From Azolla caroliniana (taxonomy: Eukaryota > Plantae > Polypodiophyta), in assembly GCA_043228905.1 (NCBI GenBank), contig JBHGNT010000002.1, positions 8,928,001-8,992,000 on the forward strand: a stretch of 64,000 bases of DNA, written 5' to 3'. Both the position numbers and the translations under genes were made by a program. The stretch's first letter is position 1. Every line of letters starts with the position of its first letter. The notes below the pieces were generated by a model. The model did not search any database. It was not told the origin of the DNA and worked only from the letters and a program-made list of their open reading frames with translations. Shown here piece after piece: positions 1 to 11,900 of this stretch.

Positions 1-2
1 TC

Positions 3-2790
3 ATGAAGTTCAGCAAAGGGAGCCTGATTGTGGCTCGGGCCCGGAAGGTCAACACACTGTACCTGATGAATGCCCGGTTATGTCCGGAAGAAGTGAACGT
101 GGCATCCGACACTGCCGGTGAGCTGTGGCACAAGAGGCTATGTCATATGAGCGAGAAGGGGATGAAGAGGCTTGCAGACGACAACCTCATTCCAGTGAAG
201 AACGTGCACTTGGAGAAGTGCAATGATTGCCTGGCCGGTAAGCAAAACCGGACCTCCTTCCGACCAAGGACACCGATGAGACGTAATGCACCACTGGAGT
301 TGGTGCATACAGATGTGTGTCAATTAGACACGAAGTCACATGCCGGAGCACAGTATTTCGTGACGTTCATAGATGAGCACAGCCGGAAGCTGTGGGCCAC
401 ACCGTTGAAGACGAAGGATCAGGTGCTATCCGTCTTCAAAGAGCTCCACGTGAGAGTGGAAAGAGAAACCGGCCGGAAGCTAAAGGCGGATCGAGCAGAT
501 AACGGAGGAGAATACCGGGGGCAGTTCGAGGAGTACTGCCGCTCGAAGGGAATCCGGCTCGAATTTACCGTGCCGAAGATGCCGGAACTAAACGGACTGG
601 CCGAGAGGATGAACCGGACCATAATGGAGAGGGTCTAGAGTATGCTAGCGCATGCAAAATTACCCAAGAAGTTTTGGGCTGAGGCATTGTCGACGGCGAC
701 ATATGTGATAAATAGATCACCCTCAGTACCCTTGGACGCAGACACGCCACAGAGAGTATGGACCGGTAAGGAAGTATCCTACCGGCATCTGAAGGTGTTC
801 GGGTGTCTCGCGTACGTGCATGTAGCTAAGGACCGGAGAGGAAAGTTAGATCCAAAGACCCGGCCATGCATCTTCCTCGGTTACGGTGCCGATGAGTTCA
901 GCTACCGAGTGTGGGACCTGGTTGACAAGAAGGTATTCCGGAGTCGAGATATTATCTTCATAGAGGACAAGACACTCGCCGACTAGGAGTCGGAGAAGAA
1001 GATAATGAACCCCGAGTCGACCGGTAAGGATCGACTCTATGATGAGCAGAAGTAGAGGAAGCTAAAACCGGAACCGGCCAAGACCCCGAATCGGATTCGG
1101 ATGAAGAGCAAATAGAGGAGCCGGTTACCGAAGCCCAAAGACAGAGATATCCTCTCAGAGAGAGAAGGCCCCCCCGGAGATTTCCGGATGCAGAGCATGT
1201 TCTGCCGACCGATGAGGGGAGCCAGAAAGCTTCGAAGAAGCGAAGGATGACACCCACAACCGCAAATGGTTAAGTGCCATGCAGGACGAGATGGATTCCC
1301 TGCATGAGAACCATACGTACGAATTGGTGGAGTTGCCGAAAGGAAAGCGGGCACTCCGAAACAAGTGGGTGTACAAGTTGAAACTGGGAGATGCTGGCAA
1401 CCCCCCGAGATACAAAGCCAGGATCGTGGTGAAGGGGTTCCAGCAGAAAAAGGGCGTGGACTTTGACGAGATATTTGCCCCGGTAGTAAAGATGACCTCC
1501 ATCCGGACGGTGCTGAGTATAGCAGCAAGCATGGACCTCGAGGTAGAACAGTTGGATGTGAAGACGACATTCCTTCACGGCGACCTCGAACAGGAGATCT
1601 ACATGCAGCAACCGGAAGGATTCGTGGAGAAAGGGAAGGAGCACCTGATATGCTGGTTGAAGAAGAGCCTGTACGGACTGAAGCAGGCTCCCCGACAATG
1701 GTACCGGAAGTTCGATTCCTTCATGACCGATCAAGGGTACCACAAGACGCAGGCCGATCATTGCGTGTTTGTGAAGAAGTTCGAAGGAGGCGACTTCCTG
1801 ATACTCCTTCTGTACGTGGACGACATGTTGATCATCGGGCGGGACCAAGCCAAAATACGGATGCTGAAGAAGGCTCTCAATCGGACCTTCTCAATGAAAG
1901 ACTTGGGTCTGGCAAGATAGATGTTGGGGATGCACATCATTCGGGACCGGTCAAGGAAGCAATTATGGCTGTCACAGGAGAAGTACGTGACAAAGGTGCT
2001 TCACCGGTTCAACATGTCAGATGCGAAACCGGTCGGATCGACACTTCCGGCAAACTGCAGGCTATCCGGTAAGCAAAGCCCGAAGACGAAAGGAGAGAAG
2101 GCGGATATGATGAAGATTCCATATCCCTCTGCCGTCGGGAGCTTGATGTACGCAATGGTGTGTACCCGATCGGATATAGGATACGCAGTCGGAGTGGTGA
2201 GCTGGTTTATGAGCAATCCCAGCAAGGAGCACTGGAACGCGGTCAAATGGATACTCTGGTATTTGAAGGGCACTTCAAATATGTGTCTCTGATTCAGCTC
2301 CAGAAAACCTCAACTTGACGGTTTCACCGATTCGGACATGTCGGTTGATGTGGATACCAGCCGGTCTACATCTGGGTATGTAATGACATATGCAGGGATA
2401 GCTGTTTCGTGGCAGTCGAGGTTGCAGAAGACGGTTGCATTGTCAACCACGGAGGCGGAGTACATGGCAATTGTGGAAGCCGACAAGGAAATATTATGGA
2501 TGAAGGACTTCATCGGAGAGCTCGGTATCCGGCAAGATGAATACCGGCTCTATTGCGACAGTCAAAGTGCCATCCATCTTGCTAAGAATGCGGCCTACCA
2601 TTCCTGGACGAAGCATATTCAACGAAGATATCACTGGATCCGGGAAAGAGTAGATGACCAGGAGTTCGCGCTGATGAAGATCCACACGGCCGAGAACGGG
2701 TCAGATATGCTGACCAAAGTTCTGATACCCGACAAGCTGGATGCATGCCGGAAGAGGATCGGACTAGTAAGACACCCCATGCCGGAGTGA
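3..2790 (+). pseudogene. Copia pol with premature stops and a frameshift
   Basis: ORFs 3-638, 642-986, 1279-1920, 1921-2292 and 2338-2790 are collinear pol fragments. Confidence 0.9.
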
Positions 2791-2800
2791 AGGGGGAGTT

Positions 2801-3308
2801 TGTTGGGAGACAGGTCCCTTCGGATGGTGCAGACCCGGTGAGGAATGCTCACCGGATGAAGAGACATATTTGTAAATATGTTTCTAAGAGTCCATCGTGG
2901 CTACATTTGTAAATAGCCGAAAAGTCATATTAGTATAAATATGACTTAGGGCAAACTTTTAGTTGTTGTTGTTATTCTTGTTGGTGCAAGAAGAAGATAG
3001 AGCGAGTAACAGTGTACAGAGAGAGAGAGAGAGAAAGAGGTCGTTGCCTCTGTTGTAACTGCCGCCTGTGGCGAAGATCGTGAGCACGAGGTCGTTGCCT
3101 CCATGAACTCACTGTTGTACATTCTAACATAGTTATAGTTTGCAGCTTGTGGGCTGCCGTGGTTTTTCCCTTAGTTTGGCTTTTCCACGTAAACATCCTG
3201 CGTACTCGTCTCCTCTTCGTGTCGTTCATTATTTCCCGTTTTCTGTGTATGATTTCTAAGCTCGGTTGTGGCCGAGCGTTGTGCATAAGGAGCGTTGAGT
3301 TCCCGTCA
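2801..3308 (+). repeat. 3' LTR of Copia (family C1)
   Basis: TGTTGG...CCGTCA directly after the PPT; homologous to the reverse solo LTR at 22255-22915. Confidence 0.9.
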
Positions 3309-5378
3309 CTTTCTTCTTGACAAAGAAGATGGGTGCACTAGCCGGAGATTTCGAATGACGGATGAACCCGCTTGCCAAGTTCTCCTCTATGTAGGCTCGA
3401 AGGACTTCTAACTCGGTGGGTGAAAAGTTGTAAATTGGTGCCCATGGTGGCTCGGTTCTTGGTTGTAAATCGGTGGGACAGTCATAGGGACGGTGATGAG
3501 GAAGGGTACCGGCTTTTACCTTGTCAAATACATCGGCATAAGGATGATATTTTGCCGGAAGTTGTATTGAGGAGTCCTTCTTAATAGTGCTGGAAGGATG
3601 TACTGATATTGCAAATAGGAACATTGCCTCCTTATGTCCTTCTTTGCGTAATTGATGGAGTGAAATGGTTGAAACTCGGTGAGTAGATTCTTGGGGTGGT
3701 CGATAGCGGACTTCTCTTGTTCTCCAATCTATGGCTGGATTATGTATTCAAACCAAGGTAATCCTAGGACAATGGGATGCTCTGGACTACTAATTATATT
3801 AAATGATATTACACACACAAAACTATCTAGGACAACTTGAATGGGTTCTGATTCTTTTACAATATTCCCGGAAGCAATGGGACGACCATCAATGACTACT
3901 ACAGATGCGGGACAAGGAAGTTTTCTTAGGGATATCTGAGAAGCTTGGGAAAAATTTCGATCCATGAAGCAGGAATTAGCTCCAGAATCTAAGAGTGCTA
4001 GGACGGGTACTGGGGGAGTACTTTTAGTACTAACAATGACTTGGGCTAGGAACACATTGCTAACTTGCTTGGAAGGAATGGAACCACTAATGGGCTGTAC
4101 AGATCTAGGGTTGCTGTCCAACCAAACGGCTCCTATTTTTGCTGGACTCAATCGTTTAACTCTTCATCTAATTGACTAAGGATTTCAAATTTGTTTGAGA
4201 TACTTGGGCTATTAGTACTATGAATACTATCTGACACTCTATTAGTACTATTAATACTATCAGACACTCCGAAGGGAAGAATTGACTCAGGTTTAGTTCA
4301 GGCGACGATTTGATTTACCTGTCTTCTTGGCCTATGGGGACAATTGATGGCGATATGCCCTAGTCCACCGCAATAAAGGCATAATCGATTGGCACATCGT
4401 CATTGCTTTTCTTCTTCCGATAACGGGCCGCGTCGACACATGGTGTCGATCTCCATCGGTGTCGGAATATTGGCTTGAGGTACATCGCGTGCAAACGGTT
4501 TAGCCGTGGCTGAGGCGTATGTGGGTTCCGGCCGAGAGCGTGGTATTTGTAATTGACGCTCCGAACGCCGTTCGAAAAGGCGGTTGTCACATCAGACCGC
4601 TCGACTGATTGCCTCTGTAAGTGACTTTGGTTCTTCGGGGAAGGTTAAAAGCAGATCTTTGACATCATTGCGCAAGCCGTAACGAAACTGCTCCATGAGG
4701 GCCTGATCATCCCAGGGAATATCTGAGGCGAGTAGACGGAAATCCGCCGCGTAGGCCGAGGCTGGACGATCGCCTTGACGCAATCTTCAGATCTTGTTGA
4801 TCGCCGTCCTGATGCTGTCGGTATCTCCAAAGCAGGCTTTAAACTTACCAATAAAATCTTCAAAGTTATTAAGCAAGGGGGATTGTTTTTCTAGAAGCGG
4901 AGTGAACCATGCCAAGGCTGAGCCGCTAAGTAACGTGCCTATTAGGCCGACTTGAGATGCATCAGTGGGATATCGGGAAGGATGCATCTGGATGACTAAG
5001 CGTACCTAATTAAGGAATCCCCGGAATTGCGATCGCGTTCCATCAAATTTCACAGGAAGTCCAATCTTGGGCTCTTTATGAAATCCTTGGGGACTTGATC
5101 CTTGTTGTTGCAACGCTGCTTCGAGTTGTTGTACCCGTAATGCTAACTCCCCATGTTGTTGTTGCGTTTGTTGTTTTTCGAGAGCGATTTGTTGCAGATC
5201 CCCTATCAACCGTTGGTTTTCTTATTCCAAGGCAACAAACTTTTCTTTTAGGCACTGTAACTCGGAGAAAACAGATTGATATTCTTGGGCGCTAATAGTA
5301 GCCATAATATATGGAAAAGGGTAGGAGGATGAGGGAGAACGACAAGTAGGTTGGAGGAAAGGAGAAATTGGTTCAAAC

Positions 5379-5483
5379 TGTCAGGAATAGTACTAAAACA
5401 GAGATGGAATTAGTACTAAGAAGAGCAGTACTATTAGTACTAAGAGGACGGGACTGCGTAAGATTCCCGAGAGAGGAAGTGAG

Positions 5484-5565
<82 letters not shown>

Positions 5566-5881
5566 GATGAGAGAGAGAGAAAGATGATGACAACAACTAA
5601 TATATTATGTGAAAAGATAAGTACAAAGCGGCTGAGAGGCTTAAGATTGGCGTTGAACCAATTTGGTTCAACATAATGCCTAGTGCCTTCTTTTATAGTG
5701 TTATCAGGAGTAATCCTGAAACTTCTAGAATGTTCCAGAGAAATCTGGAATATACATTACTTTCTTATAATAAAACATAAATGAAAATAATATCCTATGA
5801 ATTACAATAGATGGTGTGATGGTTAAGAGCTCGACCCATATACCATAAGGTCATGGGTTCGAGTCTTGCCATCTCATGACA
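5379..5881 (-). repeat. 5' LTR of Tf1/Tcn1-like Gypsy, with (AG)n tract and tRNA-like module
   Basis: TGTCA...TGACA termini; second copy is the solo LTR at 25038-25457. Confidence 0.9.
5809..5874 (+). promoter_or_regulatory. tRNA-like Pol III A-box/B-box module inside LTR
   Basis: TGGTGTGATGG (5812) and GGTTCGAGTCT (5856) at tRNA-like spacing, framed by AGATGG/CCATCT; retained at 25046-25110. Confidence 0.6.
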
Positions 5882-6912
5882 ACAGACCAAGCACATTGAT
5901 GTGCACTACTATTTTGTCCGTGACCGTGTCCTTTCTGGTGAAATCGAACTTCAGTATGTTGTGACGGATCGGCAGCACGCCGATATTTTCACCAAGCCTC
6001 TTGGTTTGGACAAGTTGTGGCAATTCTTGGGTGCACTTGGGTTGCATCACCACGACGTGCCAAACTTGTGGGGGAGAGACGTCCCGGATAACTGCGGAAG
6101 GGAGTAGGAAAGGAGCGGAAAAGACCATGACGCCGGGTCGGATGCCGAATTCGACTTTGGATTAGCGGAAGAGTCTGAAAACGGACATAAGGGGAGCAAC
6201 CGGAAGAAAGAGCCAAAGCCAACCAAGCATGGGGGAGATGATGCAGTCAAGGGCGAGAAGACCAAAGACGAGTTGGAGATAGCCAACTCGGACGAGAGCG
6301 ATAACCGATCGGAGGTAGCCGAGTCGGTTCAGATGTTTGATTCGGATACACTAAATCAACCGAGGGCCAAGCGGAAAAGAAGGCAGCAGGAGAAGTGCCA
6401 ACACCGCGACAACAAGGGAGCTGTGAAGGGCCGTGGGAGCAGACAAGACGACTGGAAGGGTCGAAGCGCGCGGAGTCGAACAGGCCGAGGAGTGCGAGTG
6501 AGGCGTGGAGCCAAGAGGAATCGGGGTGGTGATCAGGAAGATCCCGAAGAGCCTCAAGTTGAGCTTGAGGGGGAGTGTTGAGAGACAAGCTCAACATCGG
6601 CCGGATCGGCTGAGCAAGCCGAGGACCAGATTAGGTGGGACCGGATCGGTTAGGCCGGACTGGTGCGTAAAACGGATGCGTAAACTGGTACGCAGACCGG
6701 TGCGTAGGAAGGCCGTATTGGTGCGTAAACCGAAAGGCTGTTAGAGAGATATTCCTCGTAGGGAATAGTTTTGGGAGTAAGAGTCGAGGCTCATTTATGA
6801 GCAGTCAAGTACTGTCAGTACTTGTGTCAGCTCGATTGTCAGGGCTTGTATAAAAGGTGCTCACTGAGCACGGTGTATGTACAGATTGAGTATTATTTTT
6901 TGAATAGAGTTC

Positions 6913-6978
<66 letters not shown>

Positions 6979-7072
6979 CTGTGCGTACTGTGCAAACCTA
7001 AGCTTTCCATTAAACCTGTGTTTTCTGTTGTTCGGTTTCCTATATTGCTTCCGCACGCCATTCTTTTCAATA
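5882..7072 (+). mobile_element. Copia 3' end (RNase H tail, 3' extension, PPT, LTR 6576-~7072), family C2
   Basis: TKHIDVHYYFVRD...ADIFTKPL; PPT GAGGGGGAG then TGTTGAGAGAC; LTR homologous to 8988-9461 and 61306-61783. Confidence 0.9.
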
Positions 7073-7552
7073 AGATTAGGAAAAACATTGGAAAACCTAT
7101 CATCAGTTATGCTTATGCACATAACATAAAGTAAGGTTGTCAATTGAAAACGGATATGTGTTTCTTGAAGTAATTCTCTTAATTCTCTTCTAAGGAGACT
7201 TGAATCTAATATGCATGTTTGCTTTAAACAAGTTGGTCAGTTTAAGTATCACCCTCCATTGTAGTGGTTCCATCTTCATTCCTATCTAAAACATCACCAC
7301 CACATGACTTTAACTCACATTCTCTTTGATGTGAAATGGGCATTAGAGAGCATTGATGTAAAAACTCATCTTATATGGAAGTTTCTCTCTCGATCACAAT
7401 GTGGGTCCTCTAAACTGAAATGCTCATTAGTATAGTTCTTCAATAGTAAGATCTCCTTCCCAACTCTATAAACTATGTGAAAATGTTTCACTTTGGTCCC
7501 ATAGAAAATGTTTTACCCCATAGGATGGTAGTAAATTCTCTCCTCTCTCTCT

Positions 7553-7880
7553 CTAAAGAAGGTAAGGTATGCTAGGAAGGGCTAGTAGAGGATGAAAATC
7601 ACTTCCTTTTTACATGCTCTGCATATAGTGCAATTCGTGAAAGCTATGATGATATATTAAGAGGGGGTGATGACTTGAGTATCGTACTAAAGACAACACC
7701 TAGAAGGTTGAGCTCATATGTGTATGCCTTATTCTCACACCGACACTTGGTGCGCCAAAGTATGAATATCCCTTCTTAGGAAGGAGACACACATCAAGAT
7801 AACTTTTGTACTGAGGTCCTATGGGTCAATATTGGCCTCTCTATGGATGCTAAAAAAATATCTATCTATCTATCTATCTA
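7553..7880 (+). mobile_element. 5'-truncated non-LTR retrotransposon (LINE) 3' end
   Basis: Frame reads KVC*EGLVEDENHFLFTCSAYSAIRE (C-terminal zinc knuckle of L1/RTE-X-type ORF2), stop at ~7780, short UTR, (TATC)n tail at 7858-7880. Confidence 0.75.
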
Positions 7881-8987
7881 CTTGATGATTTGCATCATAA
7901 ATTCGCCTTGTTGTGGGCTCAAAGAACTCGTTGATTAAAGAGGGAAACAAATGATGCTTAATTTCAAACCAAGTAAAATCAATTGGCCAACTTTCTTACA
8001 AAAGGAGTTCCAAAACCTAAACATGAAGCTTACCACTATGTCATTGCTTCAAGAATTTATTTGTATTTATTTTAACAATTTCCATTATTAAACAGGAGAA
8101 AGAAAGACATGTTAATGTCTTCAAAGACCAAAATTGGCCCATGAGACAATTGGTTTACAACAAAAAAGGAATGTTTACTCGATCATCGAAAATAAAAATA
8201 AAATATAGTAATTCTATTTCTGAAACAAATTACACATCCCCCCAACGCACAATCATGAGGTATGACCATTCATAGTCTAAATTAATAAGGCACATAGCTT
8301 GCCAATGTACTATAACAATGATACACCATTGGTAGAAAGTATTCAATATCAACAACGATCTCAAGTATTCTACAATAATTACCTTAATGATCATAAGTGA
8401 TCATACCAATCTAGATTAACCTTGATGATCACACCCATATATCACAATTAGTCTCTCCTAGACATTGAATATACATATATGTATGTATATCATTTAACTC
8501 TTGATAATAGTCATTTGATGAAAAAACCTCATCTTGTCAATATCTAAGGTTTACCATATTTTGTTATCACACTACTTTCGAACCATGATGAAGTTGTGAT
8601 AGTATTCAAGCAAAAGAGTAGTGTGTTGTCCACCAAACATTCTTCAAATCAAGACTTTAAAAGTCTATTAGGTATAATATGCGTAACTAATGAACCTTAG
8701 TGAATGGGACAATATCCGTTGTAAAACTTCAAATTGTTTGGGACACACAATAATTTTTTTCAAATGTGGTTTGTTTGTTGTTTTCTATAATAGAACATAA
8801 TGCAATCTCTAGCTAAGCCTAGATTACATAACTTGTAGTTTCATGACATTGACCTCCATTGTTGAACCTACAATTAACTTTCAATACAATCTCGATACCA
8901 ACCCTAAATTTTGAAAATGGAATGACATGCCATAATTAGCAATAAAAATTCAACATTGAGTTCGTTAAAATCTTGCCCCAATCAAGT

Positions 8988-11900
8988 TGTAAAAGAATAC
9001 GTGTGCGGAAGCGTATGTGAAAGACACAAAGTACAGTCGGTTATTCGGAAACACGATAGTTAGGTAGACACAGAGAATGTAAGAGAAAGAGAGAGAGAGA
9101 GAGACTGAATGGAACAGACAACAACAACTTCTATTACAGAATTACTCAACAATTACAATGTGCTCAGTGAGCACTTTTTATACAAGCCCTGATGAGTGGA
9201 CTGACACAAGTACTTACAATACTTTAATGCTCATGAATGAGCTTGACACTAATCTGTCTATAATATTCCTATTTACTAAAATAGGAATATAGGCCCCTAA
9301 CATCCTATCTCATTCCATTAGACTTGGCTATCTGATTCAACCTAACAGCCGATTCGACTTCCGGCTTATTCAACTGATCCAGGCCTAGCCGATCGGTCTC
9401 CATTCGATCTGGCTCTCATCTTCTTGAGCTGATTTGGCCATGTTGAGCTTGTCTCTCAACACTCCCCCTCAAGCTCAACTCAAGGTCCTGACGTGTTAGC
9501 TCCAGCTGATCGGACGTTCCAGCCTCTCTTGGCATTCCAATGCCTCGCTCACGCTCCTTGTTCAATCCGGATCTGCATCCCATGACCCCTCTGGTTTGGC
9601 GCTCCTTGATTCGTCTGGTACTGCAAACCTCGACCCCTCTGGTCGGTTTGTCAGCTCCCTCGCTGTCGCGACATTGGTGCCCCTCGACCTGTCAGCTCCT
9701 CCATCTCAGCTTCAACTTCGACTGCCTTCTCATTCGCTTAGCCTTCATATGATTAGGCTCTTCCGAATCACTCTTCTCGATTGAATCGGTTGCCTCCGAT
9801 TCGTTCCCGCTCTTGTCCAAATTGGTTGTCTCCAATTTGTCCTATTTTAGTCCCTTGACCACATCTACCATGTCATGGTCCTGGCCTTTATCTAGACGTT
9901 AGCTCTGCCATCTACGTTGCCTTTCTTGGCTCTATCTCCCTCTTGTTCGGATGGCTTCAACTTTGGCCCATTCTTTCGGCTACTCTCCCTGCATCTGGAT
10001 AGTCTCCATTTATCCTATCTTCATCCATTTGTCCACACTTCCTCGACTTCTCCAACCGATCCGGTTATTCTGAAATCGAACTCTTCATCCAATTCAGTTC
10101 TTCGGACTTCATCTCTCTCCTCACTCTCGTTCTCGCTCCTCCCCCTCAAGTTCGGCATGTTGAGGTGTTGTATGCCAATCATACCCGAGAATTGCCGCAA
10201 CTTGTCCAAGCCAAGAGGTTTGGTGAAGATATCGGCAACTTGCTGATCAGTCGGAATGTACACGAGTTCCAGTTCACCGGAGAGGACATGCTCATGGAAA
10301 AAATGATAGTGCATCTCAATGTGCTTGGTTCGGGCATGGAAGACAAGGTTCTTTGCAAGTTGGATGCTATTGAGGTTGTCGCAGTATATCACTGTCGGTT
10401 CAGACACCTCCACATGCAAATCCTTCAAGAGCCTCCTGAGCCATATGGCTTCGCATGTCGTGACAACCGCTCTTTTGTATTTGGCCTATGTGCTTGATAG
10501 TGCCACTGTAGGCTACTTTTTTGCTGCACCAGGCGACCACTGCACTTCCCAAAGAGAAAGCATATCTAGATGTAAATTGGTGATCGCCTATGTTTTTGGC
10601 CCAGTCGTCATTCGTGTGGCCAACTAACTGTTTGTCTATGCTATGCCGATACAACAACGCCATGTCCTTCATGGCGCTGACATATGGCAATATTGTCTAC
10701 GCACACTGAAGGTGTTCCATGGTCAGTTGCAACATAAATTGATTGATCAAGCCGACCAAATAACTAAGGTTCGGATGGGTGATGGTCAGATATATAAGGC
10801 TTCTGACTATATGTCGGAACCGTGTCGGGTCGCACGCCTTTCCCGATCCTTGGTGAAGCTTCACGTTTCGATCCAGAGGAGTTGCGACGGATTGACATTC
10901 CGTCATCTTGAACTTGAAGAGCATATTCAGTACATAATGATTTTGACTGATTAATATGCCTTCGGGGGTGCGGATCACGTTGATCCCGAGGAAGTAACGA
11001 AGGTCCCTCCGGTCTTTCATCTCAAATGATGCCGCAATCTGAGACTTGACTCAGTCGATTTCTTCGAGATCGGCACCAACGATGACTAAATCATCGACAT
11101 ATAACAAGATGCTAATCGATCCGGTCCGACTCAACTAAATGAAGAATGACAAGTCTGATTTCGACGGAGCAAACTCCATCTTACGCAATGTCTACATGAT
11201 CTTTGCATTCCAGGCATGTGGGGCTTCTTTAGTCAAAAGGCTTCTGATGTGCTCAATTCAGATAGAAATCTAGGGGGTTGTACCATGTACACCTGTTCCT
11301 CAAGACCGCCTTGCAGGAACATATTCTTTACATCCATCTGATGTAGATGCCACCCCTTCGCCGCCGTTATCGCTGGCAAGACACAGACGATCGTCATCTT
11401 CACAACCGGCTGGCCCCCACACATCCAAGTGGATTAAATCGAGCTTGTTTCGGCTCTAATTACACTCGTTGGGGAATGGGAGTCGGTGTTGATTCCCTAA
11501 CTGGTAGGCTTCACAAACTTGGCCTGACTTGGCCCTTCCGGCCACTGAATTTCGGCAAGCCGAAAACAATGTTCTTTGTCTAAATTTCCCAAAGCTACAG
11601 GAAGTACACATGGCCTAATCGCTTCTGCCATAGGTCGATATCTGATTCGACCTTTTTCCCTCAAACAAACATAGCAATGCTGACGTCATTCGTTTCAAGG
11701 ATAAACATCCTCCCTTCTTGGCACCCTTGTGCGATAATCCTGCCTTCTTCCTCTATCAAGCACTTAGGATGAGTAAATCGAACTTGCATGTCTTGGTCGA
11801 CAATTTGTCTAACGGACACCAAGTTCTTGGTGATTGTCGGCACATGCAAGACATTCCTCATGATTCCTCTGTGACCGACATGGCTTAGACGGACATCTCT

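Larger units (their letters stand above)
1..3308 (+). mobile_element. Ty1/Copia LTR retrotransposon, 3' part (INT-RT-RNase H, PPT, 3' LTR); 5' part outside window
   Basis: ORFs show GAG-pre-integrase (LWHKRLCHMS), rve (LELVHTDVC, DNGGEY), RT (QLDVKTTFLHG, LLYVDDML) and RNase H (ALSTTEAEY, TKHIQRRYH) in Copia order. PPT GAAGGGGGAG at 2789-2798. Inserted into the RT start of the Gypsy at 3309. Confidence 0.95.
3309..5881 (-). mobile_element. Ty3/Gypsy 5' part (LTR, gag, protease, RT start), Tf1/sushi/Tcn1-like
   Basis: Minus-strand gag (EPKIGLPVKFDG, LRQGDRPASAYAADFR, CLYCGGLGHIAINC), protease LLDSGA, RT N-terminus (GFIRHSKSPASAPIFFVKKK). No tRNA-type PBS. Clade assignment is by motif recall only. 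Confidence 0.85.

Noticed and set aside
5368-5676. ER- or SL-repeat ORFs (also 6805-7143, 37499-37855)
   Set aside because: Translations of (AG)n microsatellites.
5809-5874. Functional tRNA genes at the tRNA-like modules
   Set aside because: Acceptor and anticodon stems do not pair consistently and no anticodon can be assigned; only the promoter boxes and sometimes the T-arm remain.
3309-5881. Claim of horizontal transfer from fungi
   Set aside because: The resemblance to Tf1/Tcn1 rests on motif recall; transfer cannot be assessed without a phylogeny.
9189-9245. Hammerhead ribozyme (CTGATGAG) in the Copia LTR
   Set aside because: No downstream GAAA core or flanking stems, and the motif is not kept in the homologous LTRs.
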